DNA of 64,000 nt, taken from assembly GCA_963713865.1 (NCBI GenBank), contig OY970208.1, positions 2,016,001-2,080,000 of the forward strand, in the 5' to 3' direction. The DNA comes from an uncultured candidate division Zixibacteria bacterium. Its GTDB lineage: Bacteria > Zixibacteria > MSB-5A5 > RBG-16-43-9. Below the pieces are notes generated by a model, which ran no database searches, was not told where the DNA came from, and worked only from the letters and a program-made list of their open reading frames with translations. The translations under genes were made by a program, and so were the position numbers. Below are positions 28,923 through 39,450 of this stretch, one piece after another. The number at the start of each line of letters is the position of its first letter. Positions within the stretch are counted from its first letter, which is position 1.

Positions 28923-29442
28923 AATAGAATCAATTGAAAAGATATATCTCCGGATATTGCATTTAGGAATCCTCATGGACATATTTGCGCCCATAGTCGT
29001 ATTCTTTTTTGCAATTCTCCTCAGAGAGAGATTGATCCATATCCAGAGCATAAAGGAGCTAAACCTCTTATTCTATGTTTTATTAATAATAAGCTTGTTG
29101 GAGATTGCAGCAATTTTCATCTTCAGAAAAAGATTCTGGGAACCTTTTATTCAGAGGAAAGTAGGGCATCTGCCTATGGCGGACAGTCTTGCTCAGAATA
29201 AAGCAGATTCAAATCCTCACTGCTCTATTGAGCAAAATCTCGTTACCTTTGGAATAGTTATCTTTACCCTTTGTTTTTCTCCTTCACTTTATGGATTAAT
29301 CTATTATCTTTTAGGTGGAACCTGGGAGCATTTTGCCATATTCATTGCCATAACTTTTCTCTCTTTCCAGCTGTTTAAACCGAAACAGGAAGAGCTTGAA
29401 AAACTGACCAGAGATTTAAATGTAAGTGCAAATTCTTTTTAA
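28909..29442 (+). CDS. Hypothetical 4-TM membrane protein with a REP-derived in-frame loop
   Basis: Four hydrophobic segments; start overlaps tadA stop; loop 29161-29225 contains GTAGGGC and ATCTGCCTATGGCGGAC. Confidence 0.7.
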   Translation: MNQNKIESIEKIYLRILHLGILMDIFAPIVVFFFAILLRERLIHIQSIKELNLLFYVLLIISLLEIAAIFIFRKRFWEPFIQRKVGHLPMADSLAQNKADSNPHCSIEQNLVTFGIVIFTLCFSPSLYGLIYYLLGGTWEHFAIFIAITFLSFQLFKPKQEELEKLTRDLNVSANSF

Positions 29443-29506
29443 TTTATTTAATTTATTTTGTTCTTTTATAAACTCTTAAACTCTAAACTCCTAAACTGTC
29501 TTTCCC

Positions 29507-29601
<95 letters not shown>

Positions 29602-29796
29602 CTTAAGATTTTAACAAGAAGTTATGAGATGGCTATATTAAGTAGTGTCAAGTTCGTACCACAATTTTTGAGGTTATCTTATAGCCAGAATTTATTAAAG
29701 AGGTAATATTTACTACATAGACTACTCAGTCAATGGATAGATGGTAAGAAAGCGAGTAGGTACCTCAAAACGGATAGCTGAGCTTGCTTTCAAAGA

Positions 29797-32700
29797 TCAG
29801 AGAAAAAATTTAGGTTTATGTTGAAAAAAGTACTTCTCGAACTTAATTCTTTCATCTTGCTCAAACAACTGAGGGAGCGATACTAAGCAGCTCATTTTCT
29901 GGAGAGCATTGAGAGACGTATCCTTCTCAATCATTATGCCAAGATGTTTGGGCAACAACTCGAATAATAGCTGCTCCCTCTTCCTTTCGTCAGGAAAAAT
30001 CCTGTAACAAGTGCTTTTCAATGCACTCCAGGCATCCCTTACATACTTGTCGTTTCTTCGGTAACAACGCCACAAAAATGCAGCCCAGATGCTTGCAGCC
30101 CTATTCTCCTGCTCTTGGGATGCTATGCCTGATAGCACACCTCCTGAAGTCCGCAGGGAAAGCGCCCAGCTCGGATATTTCATGCATTCAGAGAGAATTG
30201 ATCCTGGAATGCTTCTGTCAAATAAAACGCTTACCCACCACTCTACTGCTAGACTTACCAATGCAAGGGGATTCAAAGTTGTATCACCAAACTGTTTCAA
30301 CAAAGTTCCTAAAATATCATCATTTAAGAAATCCTGGCTCTCGGGGAGTTTGCCCGGTTTTTTGAAGTCCCTTATCAACTCCTCCAATCGGGTCTTGAGA
30401 TCTGATACTCGAATCGGAATGGTTCTGAGATTCATCCGAATCATCTTAGCGATTAGGGCGGTGCGCTGACTGTTGGTGATTGTGTTATGTGTCACGAGTT
30501 TTTCCATAAAGCCTAATGTGCCTAAGGTAGATAATTGAAAATCTTTTTCTGCCCAGTGTCTGAAAATAGATTCGTCTGAATAAAGGGGTAATCCGAGTTC
30601 CTGGGCCAATAAGAGGTCACCCGTGCCGCTAGCCACCTGAACATCTAACGAAAGTTCATTCTTGACTCTTAGACTCGCACCATGATTTCCAGATTTATCA
30701 ATTCTATGTGTAGTAGATATGCCGGGGTTTCGTATTCGTATTTTAGAACGATTTGCCAGTCTCCATGTCTCTATCCTCTGTGCCAACGGATGAGGGCCTG
30801 TGATACCAAAGATATTATTGTCAACAATGAGCTTAGTACCTCTTGCGATCACAACCTCTTTGAAAGAACCTGTGAGTGCATCAAGAAGCCCGAACTGGGC
30901 TAACGTCAGCAGAGCAGTTATGTCGATACATATTACCTTCGCCATCTCTGCGATGCGAGATTCTCTTTCGAGATCGTTTACATCACCAAAAATGTGTATT
31001 GCATTTCCGAACTCCTTCGAACTGATACAATTATCCCAATATTCAAAAACTGAACCATAACCTGGGAGATATTGCGCTCTGAAAACTAATGGCCAGGGCT
31101 GATTTCTCACAGCAAGCTGTAGGGGGACAGTAGCCAAATATTGCGGAAGCATTATCTCAGATAGCTGAGCAAGAAAATGCTGTCTCATTTCTTCGCTGGA
31201 TAAACCGGACGGTATTTTCATCGTCTTGAAACTGGGATAATTGGGATACTTATTGGAAAATTCGGCTAAGCGAGCCTGAAACTCTCTAACCCATTCTTTT
31301 GCTTCTGTATCCATGTGCTCATTTGGAATTAGTGGGGACATAAAGAACATTACAAGATATCTTGCCTCTGACTCTGGCTTTCCGTGCGTTCTTTTGCCAA
31401 ACTCTACCACATGTCTCAGGATATCCTTAGGGTCGCCTTTACGCCGTTTTTTTAATTCATAAAGTTGGCAGTGAATCTCGGCGATTTCTTTTTCATCTTG
31501 TGTTTTTCCAAGTGCCATCGCAAAGAGCTTAATCGCTGTATCTAGCCGATTAGTATCAGTTGCGATAACCCCCATATTTCGAAGCACGGAATAATCCTTT
31601 TGACCGTGCTTTATATAAACTTGCATGACAGTGAAAGCACCTTCAGCATCGCCCATTTCCATCAAGGCGTAAGCTCTGTCACATAGGAAACGTAGCTCGC
31701 CTGGATAACGGATGAAGGCTTGTCGAAAAACTTGCTCTGCTTCCTCGGGTTTGCCCAAAACCATTAAGGCAGTACCTAAAAGGGAGAATTCCTCGAGGAT
31801 TAATTGTCTTTCTTGGTAGACTTTTCTCAAACATACCTCTATCTCAGCGGAATTTTCTGGAGTCGCGGGAGCAAGATTCAAAGCTAAGTGGCTTAGCAGC
31901 CTCAAATTGCTTGGATGATCTTGTGATGCTAATCGAATTATATTGATAGCTTCTTTTCTAGGAGCACCAGTCTTGATTGCAAGAGAGGCTTTGGTTATGG
32001 CAGACTCAGGAAGTAGTTCTGGTTCAGACTCGAGACGGTTTATCTGGTCGCGAGATTCGTTGATTTTACCCAATTCCCAAAAAGCAATTGCCGCAAGCGA
32101 ACGCACCAAGCCTTCTTCGTGCTTGTTAATAAAACCCGTCGCTTGTCGTTCTTTTAATAAATTAACTAACTCTTCATATTCCTCTGCAAAGAAAAAACAT
32201 AGCGCTAAATTATTGTAGACGGTTGGAGAGGTACATTGTGCCCGACATACAAATTGCATTAAAGGAATTGCTTCAACATATTTTTGTTGATAGAATAATG
32301 CCTCGGCTAACGCGAACTGGACTTCGTAACTTTCTGAATGTTGCCTCAGATAAGATTTACATATCTGTTCACTTTCAGCGTACCTACCGAAGAGGACTAA
32401 ACTTTTGGAATAATTAATGATGGTTGGCTCTGCCAGGCGTGGCATTCCTCTCGACTCGAACCAGCAGAATGCTTTTGCGTAGCGCTCACATGCTTTGTTC
32501 ATAGAGACTGTGTCCATTTCTCGCGGTCCCGGCCCTTCGATCGTTGAGTTCTTAGAGTTCACGTTGATCATATATAAGGATTTACGGAACAAAGCGTCAC
32601 CATAAACGGTCCAATATATTCCGTCCAGTTCTAAAGACAGGTTTTCTGTTTCTGCTAAAATATCGATAGCCATTTCTAAATTGCCCTCGCGCATATAAAC

Positions 32701-33867
32701 TTCAGCTAAAGCTATTGAGCATGCAACTCGTTCTTGGTTCCAGAGTGGTTTATTCCTCAGTAGATTCTCAGCTGAGCCTGCACCTTTTAAGTGTCCCATC
32801 CAGTAAGCTTTCAGTCGGAGCGCGGGGGCGAAATCTTTATCTTTTGATAGCACAAACTCTAAACGGTTCTCCCAATCAGCTGGCAATTGTTTGTGCTCGG
32901 AACTGTCCCTGGTTACAAGTTCGTATTGAGTAGACAATAAGTTGATATCATACTTCAGATCGCCGGGTCTTTTCTCATGAGCAGTTTCAAAAAACCGAAG
33001 CGCAGCTTCAAAATCGTTATTGTGAACGGCTAAGACACCTCTGTTATTATTGTATCGAGCTTTGACGCCCTCTGAGGCGGCGTCAATCTCAGTGCTCAGC
33101 TGGTCCAACACAACTTCCGCCTCTGAATCATGGAAGTTATTCAGTGCCGCAGAAACCTCTTTAATCCTCCGAAGTCGCTCCTGGTCCTCTTGCGATAAAG
33201 CCTCCCCTGTAGGTTCGACCACTCCTGCATCCACAAGCAGCGGAATTACTTTTTGCTGCACGAACTCATGTGGATCTCGCACGAATGTCTCTCTAACTTG
33301 TGCTTTCTCTATCTGGAAAGACGGCGCAATCACTTCGCCAATTTCTTTACTGATATTTAGGTCTACATAAAACTCCCGCACGTAGGATTCTATTTGCTTC
33401 TTGTATGATTCATTGATTCTTTGCGTGGTAGGCACCCGAAGTGTGATGGTCTTTTGTCGCAACCAATCTGGATTTTTCTTCTCAATCTCCTTTAGTGACT
33501 CATTCAACCATTCCCAATACAGAGGTTTCGCTTTTTTACCTATATCGCAGATACAAAGCATTGTAGGCATAGTCTTAATCCGTAACCAATCAACCGTCGC
33601 TGTTTCCAGTATCAGGGTAACTGCAGTATTGCTGTCTATGTAACATGGTTTTCTTGACCCCTTCAATTGAATTAGAAAATCTTCACGCAGTATTTGTTCA
33701 CTGATTATCGATACTATAATGTCCCATCCATAGTCTCTTTTAACCTCATTAATGACCCATTCTTGCGGACGGCAATAATTAAAAGTAGTGAGTGCCGTCT
33801 CGCCAGTTATGTGTGCCTGTGCTCTTTTGGGACCTTTACTTTGTGATCTCATCTTTTTCACCGACAA
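29797..33867 (-). CDS. DUF4365 (PD-(D/E)xK-like nuclease)-TPR-PIN-like large protein, putative anti-phage effector
   Basis: N-terminal RDYGWD...FLIQLKG (DUF4365 pattern); long TPR region; C-terminal ICIDITALLTL...LYSDE PIN-like motif. Confidence 0.7.
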   Translation of the reverse strand: MSVKKMRSQSKGPKRAQAHITGETALTTFNYCRPQEWVINEVKRDYGWDIIVSIISEQILREDFLIQLKGSRKPCYIDSNTAVTLILETATVDWLRIKTMPTMLCICDIGKKAKPLYWEWLNESLKEIEKKNPDWLRQKTITLRVPTTQRINESYKKQIESYVREFYVDLNISKEIGEVIAPSFQIEKAQVRETFVRDPHEFVQQKVIPLLVDAGVVEPTGEALSQEDQERLRRIKEVSAALNNFHDSEAEVVLDQLSTEIDAASEGVKARYNNNRGVLAVHNNDFEAALRFFETAHEKRPGDLKYDINLLSTQYELVTRDSSEHKQLPADWENRLEFVLSKDKDFAPALRLKAYWMGHLKGAGSAENLLRNKPLWNQERVACSIALAEVYMREGNLEMAIDILAETENLSLELDGIYWTVYGDALFRKSLYMINVNSKNSTIEGPGPREMDTVSMNKACERYAKAFCWFESRGMPRLAEPTIINYSKSLVLFGRYAESEQICKSYLRQHSESYEVQFALAEALFYQQKYVEAIPLMQFVCRAQCTSPTVYNNLALCFFFAEEYEELVNLLKERQATGFINKHEEGLVRSLAAIAFWELGKINESRDQINRLESEPELLPESAITKASLAIKTGAPRKEAINIIRLASQDHPSNLRLLSHLALNLAPATPENSAEIEVCLRKVYQERQLILEEFSLLGTALMVLGKPEEAEQVFRQAFIRYPGELRFLCDRAYALMEMGDAEGAFTVMQVYIKHGQKDYSVLRNMGVIATDTNRLDTAIKLFAMALGKTQDEKEIAEIHCQLYELKKRRKGDPKDILRHVVEFGKRTHGKPESEARYLVMFFMSPLIPNEHMDTEAKEWVREFQARLAEFSNKYPNYPSFKTMKIPSGLSSEEMRQHFLAQLSEIMLPQYLATVPLQLAVRNQPWPLVFRAQYLPGYGSVFEYWDNCISSKEFGNAIHIFGDVNDLERESRIAEMAKVICIDITALLTLAQFGLLDALTGSFKEVVIARGTKLIVDNNIFGITGPHPLAQRIETWRLANRSKIRIRNPGISTTHRIDKSGNHGASLRVKNELSLDVQVASGTGDLLLAQELGLPLYSDESIFRHWAEKDFQLSTLGTLGFMEKLVTHNTITNSQRTALIAKMIRMNLRTIPIRVSDLKTRLEELIRDFKKPGKLPESQDFLNDDILGTLLKQFGDTTLNPLALVSLAVEWWVSVLFDRSIPGSILSECMKYPSWALSLRTSGGVLSGIASQEQENRAASIWAAFLWRCYRRNDKYVRDAWSALKSTCYRIFPDERKREQLLFELLPKHLGIMIEKDTSLNALQKMSCLVSLPQLFEQDERIKFEKYFFQHKPKFFL

Positions 33868-34132
33868 ATTTCTTTTGCTAAACTAATCATTGGAATTATT
33901 TTTTATTAAATTCAATATATCATAAAATTCCCGACCGTGCAAGTATATTTAAATCCTTCAATAAGCATTTGAATTGTCTCGTTTTTCAACATCTAAAATT
34001 TTGTAATAAAGTTAGTTAATAAGCTAATGTTTCGCGATGATCTCATTTAGCTGTAGATAGACATTACTGTTCTTTAGTATCAAACTGTGTCCTTTGCTTG
34101 TTGAGTCAATTTCACATATTTATTATAGCGGA

Positions 34133-34163
34133 AACCTTTCCACAGGATCCTGCGGACAGGTTT
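34133..34163. terminator. Hairpin downstream of pilC, likely terminator
   Basis: AAACCTTTCCACAGGATCCTGCGGACAGGTTT imperfect palindrome about 70 nt after the pilC stop. Confidence 0.45.
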
Positions 34164-34234
34164 TGATCCGTTTTTCTTAAAATATAGAAGACCGGAGACT
34201 TCTACTACCTAAGACTGACTTTGGTTTGGAAAAT

Positions 34235-35431
34235 TTACTTTAGCGTTCCGAAAGATTGATAAAGCGGCATAAAGGCAGAAAGTAGAATCAAAGCGGCAAA
34301 ACCGCCAAACCCGATTAAGATGAGGGGTTCAAGCAAAGTCAGGATTCTTTTGGTAAGCCTTTCGATATCCTTTTCAAAATATTCATTCACCTTGAGAAGC
34401 TGTTTATCTACCATCCCATTTTCCTCCCCTAAAGCCACCATGCTGACCATAAAAGGAGGAAAAGGAAGCCCTTTCATTGACTCGGAGAGAGACTCTCCTC
34501 TGGTAATTCTCTCTTGCATAATCTCCACTGAACGAACAATGCTATGATTTCCAATAGTCCCTTTTAACAGGTCAAGAGAGGGTAATAGCCCGAAGCCGGT
34601 TTTCAATAATAATGCAAGGTAATGACAGAATTTTGATAAAACTGTTTTCTGAACCAATGGCCCGAAAAGGGGAAATTTTATCTTTACAAAGCTCATATTA
34701 TATTTTCCAGCCTCAGTCCTGGAATAGATAAAAATTCCAATTACAACTGCCATAATGATGACAAGAAAAACGAGCCACGATCCTCTTACCAAACCAGTGC
34801 CAGCCATAACCACTCTGGTAATCAAAGGCAAAGGTGCTCCCAGCTCTTTCACCAGCTCCATCATTTTGGGCATAAGATAGAAAGCATAAAAACCTGCCAC
34901 GCCGGACATAACCACCATAATCAAAATCGGGTACATCATCGCTTGTTTAAGCGAAGATTCTAATTCCTCCTGTCTTTCTATAGAGACTACCAGCTCTTGC
35001 ATTATATCGGTCAGATGCCCGCTAGATTCACCTGCCCTTATGGCGCCTATATAAAAAGGAGGAAATACCTGAGGATAAGAAGCGATAGACTCCCCTAAAC
35101 TTCCGGTTGCTTCTATCTTTTTAGCCATATCTGCAATTATATTCCGGAATTTAGGGTTTCTCTCCTGAGCAGCAATATGAGAAAAAGCTTTTAAGATAGG
35201 CAGTCCTGCTGAAAGCATCAACTGTAACTGAAGGGTAAAAGATAAAATGTCCCTTTTTTGTATTTTCCCAGCTAAAGAAAATCCTTTCTTGGCTACCTTT
35301 TTGGTAACCTGAACCGGGTATAATCCCTTCTGACGGATTACACCCTCAGCCTCCTCTAAACTCCTTGCCTGACAGGCCCCTTTAACTTCTTTGTTCTTCG
35401 GGTCTACTGCTTTATAGGTATATTCTGCCAT
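34235..35431 (-). CDS. pilC: Type IV pilus/T2SS platform protein PilC/GspF/MshG
   Basis: Two GspF repeats (AGESSG, LGEENG), AMMYP and LLEP motifs, three TMs. Confidence 0.9.
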   Translation of the reverse strand: MAEYTYKAVDPKNKEVKGACQARSLEEAEGVIRQKGLYPVQVTKKVAKKGFSLAGKIQKRDILSFTLQLQLMLSAGLPILKAFSHIAAQERNPKFRNIIADMAKKIEATGSLGESIASYPQVFPPFYIGAIRAGESSGHLTDIMQELVVSIERQEELESSLKQAMMYPILIMVVMSGVAGFYAFYLMPKMMELVKELGAPLPLITRVVMAGTGLVRGSWLVFLVIIMAVVIGIFIYSRTEAGKYNMSFVKIKFPLFGPLVQKTVLSKFCHYLALLLKTGFGLLPSLDLLKGTIGNHSIVRSVEIMQERITRGESLSESMKGLPFPPFMVSMVALGEENGMVDKQLLKVNEYFEKDIERLTKRILTLLEPLILIGFGGFAALILLSAFMPLYQSFGTLK

Positions 35432-37068
35432 TAGCCTGCTACTCTTAAAACCTCATCTAAGGTTGTTGTTCCAGCTAAAACTTTTTTTATCCCGTCCTCA
35501 AACATCGATTCTATCTTGGCTACTTTTTCTATTTCATATGAAGTAGCCCTTTGGGCTATTAACTGATTTATCTCTGGAGTTACCTCTAAGACCTCGAAAA
35601 TCCCCATTCTGCCTCTATATCCGGTATATTTACATTTTTCACAACCTTTCCCTTTATAGAGAGTCATCTTCTGTAACCTTTCTAAATGATAAGGTGCAAG
35701 ATCCTCTTCTTTCGGGGTATAGGTTGCCTTGCAGTGTGGACAGATCTTACGCAGAAGCCTCTGGGCAATAACTGCCAATAAGGATGTAGCTACGATAAAC
35801 GGCTCCATCCCCATATCCAAAAGGCGAGCTACGGATGCAGAAGCAGTGTTGGCATGTACCGTTGAGAAGACTAAATGTCCAGTCATAGAAGCCCTGAAAG
35901 CCATCTGAGCGGTCTCAGTGTCTCTTATCTCTCCTATCAGGATCACATCCGGATCATGCCTCATCATGGCTCTCAGACCTTTGGCAAAAGTGTGTCCAGC
36001 CTTTTCTGAAACCTGGGATTGCTTGGTTAAAGGGATCTGGGACTCTATCGGGTCTTCTAAAGTGATGATATTCTTCTCCAAAGCGTTTAAGGTTTTTAAT
36101 GCCGCATAAAGAGTTGTCGATTTACCAGATCCGGTTGGACCGGTTATAACGATCATCCCGAACGATTTCTGCACAAGCCTTCTGAATTTCTCCAGATTAT
36201 CTCCGGTAAATCCAAGCTGGTCCAGGCTCAAAAGAAACCTGGGCTTTGCCAGAATCCTCATAACCACAGATTCACCATGCATAATCGGTAAAGTGGAGAC
36301 TCTGATATCCACCTCTTTGTTATTATATTTAAAACGGATACTCCCATCCTGAGGAATCCTTTGTTCGGTTATATCCATACTTCCCATAATCTTCACTCGA
36401 CTTACTGCTGCCGAATATATTTTTTTGGGAAGACTAAATCCTGGCTCCAGGATACCATCAATCCGATACCTGATTCGTCCTACTTTATCATCTACCTCTA
36501 AGTGAATATCTGTTGCGCCCTCTCTTATCCCGTGAGCAACAATGGCGTCAACCAATTTTATCAAAGGAGGGGTTTCATTTTCCACTTCCTCTACGCTCAG
36601 GGTTTGAATCAGGCTCTCCTCGATAATCTTATCTGTAGCTGCTCCCATTCCATAAAAAGCATCTATAGCCGCTAAGATATCCTCCTCGGCTGCAATTCGT
36701 GGCTCTATTTGCAAGTTCGTAATTTTCCTGAGCTTATCAATAGCCATTATATCGTTCGGATTCGCCATTGGTACTATGAGCTTCTTATCGATTATCTCTG
36801 AGGGGATGAGCTTGAATTCCCGTGCAATCACCTCCGGCACAAGCTGTATGGCATCAAGCTCTACCGGATTAATGCTGAAATCAAAATAGGTAGTTCCAGA
36901 TTGCTGACTTAAAAGCTTAAGGATTACATTCGGATTGACGAACCCTAATCTTTCGCAGATAATACCTACCTTCTCTCCGGTCCTTTTCTGTTCACGGAGA
37001 GCGACCTCAAATTGTTTAGGTGTAACAATTTTTGATTCCAGAAGTAACTCACCCAGCGATTTAGTCAT
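35431..37068 (-). CDS. pilB: Type IV pilus assembly ATPase PilB/GspE/MshE
   Basis: Walker A GPTGSGKS, TLEDPIE, DPDVILIGEIRD, CPHC/CEKC zinc site, N-terminal MshEN-like domain. Confidence 0.93.
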   Translation of the reverse strand: MTKSLGELLLESKIVTPKQFEVALREQKRTGEKVGIICERLGFVNPNVILKLLSQQSGTTYFDFSINPVELDAIQLVPEVIAREFKLIPSEIIDKKLIVPMANPNDIMAIDKLRKITNLQIEPRIAAEEDILAAIDAFYGMGAATDKIIEESLIQTLSVEEVENETPPLIKLVDAIVAHGIREGATDIHLEVDDKVGRIRYRIDGILEPGFSLPKKIYSAAVSRVKIMGSMDITEQRIPQDGSIRFKYNNKEVDIRVSTLPIMHGESVVMRILAKPRFLLSLDQLGFTGDNLEKFRRLVQKSFGMIVITGPTGSGKSTTLYAALKTLNALEKNIITLEDPIESQIPLTKQSQVSEKAGHTFAKGLRAMMRHDPDVILIGEIRDTETAQMAFRASMTGHLVFSTVHANTASASVARLLDMGMEPFIVATSLLAVIAQRLLRKICPHCKATYTPKEEDLAPYHLERLQKMTLYKGKGCEKCKYTGYRGRMGIFEVLEVTPEINQLIAQRATSYEIEKVAKIESMFEDGIKKVLAGTTTLDEVLRVAG

Positions 37069-38433
37069 TTTTCCCACCTGTGGATTTCAGAAAGCTGACC
37101 CTTTGACTAACACTTCTTATTAAATCTGAATTTTTTTCAGAAGAATTATTCAGGAAAAGTTGATAGTAGGTCAATGCCTCAATTTTTTCTCCAGCCAGAT
37201 CTTTTGCTCTTCCCAAAGAATAGAGGATCTCGGGTCATTCGGATTAAACTGATATGCCTCTGCATAGGCTTTTATGGCTTCTCCCAGCTTATTTTGTGCC
37301 TCCAGATTTCTACCTTTTAACAAATAGGCATTGCTATTTTGGGGGTCTGCTGTAAAAAGCCTGTTTAAAAATTCATCTGCTTTTTCAAATTCGTTTTTCC
37401 TCTGATATAAAAATGCAGTGTTATACAAAACCTTAGGATCTCCAGGTCTTTTATTTATTAGGTTGTTCAGTTCGTTCTCGGCTTCAAACATTCTACCCTC
37501 CTCCAGATAGACTGTGGATAGATTCAAACGGGCTGGATAATAACTTGAATCCAGAGCCAGTGCTTTGAGGTAGCATTCCTCAGCTTCTTTTAGTTCTCCT
37601 GCTTTCTGGCTGCTCAACCCGAAGTCAAAATAGTTCTTCGCCAATTGACTGTTATCTTGAACCGAAACCTTATTTTCAGTTTTAGAATTCATCTCAGAGG
37701 AAGGAGTTGATAAAACCAGCCTATCAGGTAGGGAGATTTTAGCCTTAGGCAATTTATTTTCAGCTTTAAGGGCTGGTGATTTAATCTCAGTATTTGCAGA
37801 TGTGGATATTTTCTCTTCTTTCTGAGAAATCATCTTCTCTGATTGGGATTCCACTTTTTTTATATCCTGAAATTTTTGAGCAGGTGTAGAAGCTACGACT
37901 TCAGGAGGATTCACCTTTTCTTTTGAGGAAGTCTTAGTAGGAATATCTCTCTTCGTATCAATTTTAGTAGACGGGGTTTGAGCTACGGGCTTATCTGTCT
38001 TTAAAGAGGACTTATTTTCTGTTTTCAACACTTCCTTTTTTTCAGCCAGATTACTTTTTTTGTCAATTAAAGCTGGACCTGAGATCGCTGAAGAATCCAT
38101 CTTTTCTTCAGCTGAAACTTTGATAGAAGAATCTGTTGGTGGAGCATTTTGAACCGAAGAAGTCTGAGCTAAAGACTTGTTCCCAGCTTTTTTCATCCTT
38201 TCAGCTAAATTCGCCTTTGGTTTAGCTATAGGAGCAGAGGAATTCTTAAATTTGATGTTCCATACAAAATAACCTGCAGTTCCCAACATTAAAAATACCA
38301 TCAAAAACAGAATTAAGGGTAATACTCTTCTTCTTTTTTTCGGTAAAACAGGAATGACATCCTCAGATGTCTGTACTTTTATTTCAGATCTTTCCGCTTC
38401 TATCTTTTTTACAACCTCTGATATCAGTTTCAT
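37061..38433 (-). CDS. TM-anchored TPR protein (MshN-like), apparent 1-nt frameshift near 37230
   Basis: N-terminal TM, low-complexity linker, TPRs. The shifted frame continues ILYSLGRAKDLAGEKIEALTYYQLFL... to TAA at 37061, overlapping the pilB ATG. Confidence 0.75.
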
Positions 38434-39449
38434 ATATTTTTCAATTTCTCCAATTCCATTCTTTTTAACGATCCTATCCGGCTTAAAAGCCTGCTCTCCG
38501 AAGAAATCAGCCCTTTTAGGCTTTCAGAGCCATCCAGGATATGCTTTTCTAAAAGGATTTTGGTGTTATCCACAAACGCCGCCATCAGCGCTCTTTCGCA
38601 CAGGGCATTAACCAGGCGAGGTGTTCCGGATGATAATTTGTATATTTCATTTATAGCCTCCGGTGTGAAACTTATCTTTGGATCACCTCCCGCGATATTC
38701 AATTGAGCTTTAATATAGGACCTGATCTCTACTGGTTCAAAAGGCAAAAGATGATAGCGAACCAGGATACGCTGATCTAACTGTCTTAAACCTCTGCTCT
38801 TTAACTTCTCCTCAAATTCCGGTTGGGCAAAAAGGACTATCTGCAAGAGTTTATCTTTTTGAGTCTCTAAATTAGATAAAAACCTTAAACCCTCCAGTGC
38901 CTCATCCTTTAGCGATTGAGCCTCATCCACTAAAAGGACAACCCTTTTTTTCTCCCGGTAAAAATTGAAAAGAAAATGGGCTAATCTCTCTAAAAGCTCC
39001 CCTTCTGTTAAAACCTCCTCTTTATCATAATGCTCTGAGGAGTAACCCAAAAGGGTGATCATCATCTCCCTGGATGAAACCCTGGGGTCAAAAATCCTTG
39101 AGATCTTCAGATCGCTTCCTCCTTTTTCTATAAAGTAGCGCGAGAGGATGGTTTTGCCTGTGCCCGGCTCACCTGAGATCAGAGTAAATCCCATCCCCTC
39201 ATAGATCCCATATCTCAGGTGATTTAAAGCCTCAGCATGAGAATTGGAAAAGAAGAAAAACTTTGGATCCGGAGTTACCGAAAATGGTTCCTCTTTAAAC
39301 CCAAAGAATTCCCGGTAAGCTTCGATCAGATCAACCCGAATAATACCTTCTTTTCCCTCCTTTTTCCCGGAGAGATCAAATTCTTCAGTTGAAAATCTTT
39401 TGTCTTCAATTTCCTCTTCAGGTGTGGAACGATAAATAAGCTTCATCAA
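38430..39449 (-). CDS. ExeA/MshM-like AAA+ ATPase
   Basis: FGFKEEPFSVTPDP, GEPGTGKT, LVDEAQ, GTPRLVNALC. Confidence 0.9.
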   Translation of the reverse strand: MMKLIYRSTPEEEIEDKRFSTEEFDLSGKKEGKEGIIRVDLIEAYREFFGFKEEPFSVTPDPKFFFFSNSHAEALNHLRYGIYEGMGFTLISGEPGTGKTILSRYFIEKGGSDLKISRIFDPRVSSREMMITLLGYSSEHYDKEEVLTEGELLERLAHFLFNFYREKKRVVLLVDEAQSLKDEALEGLRFLSNLETQKDKLLQIVLFAQPEFEEKLKSRGLRQLDQRILVRYHLLPFEPVEIRSYIKAQLNIAGGDPKISFTPEAINEIYKLSSGTPRLVNALCERALMAAFVDNTKILLEKHILDGSESLKGLISSESRLLSRIGSLKRMELEKLKNI

Positions 39450-39450
39450 T

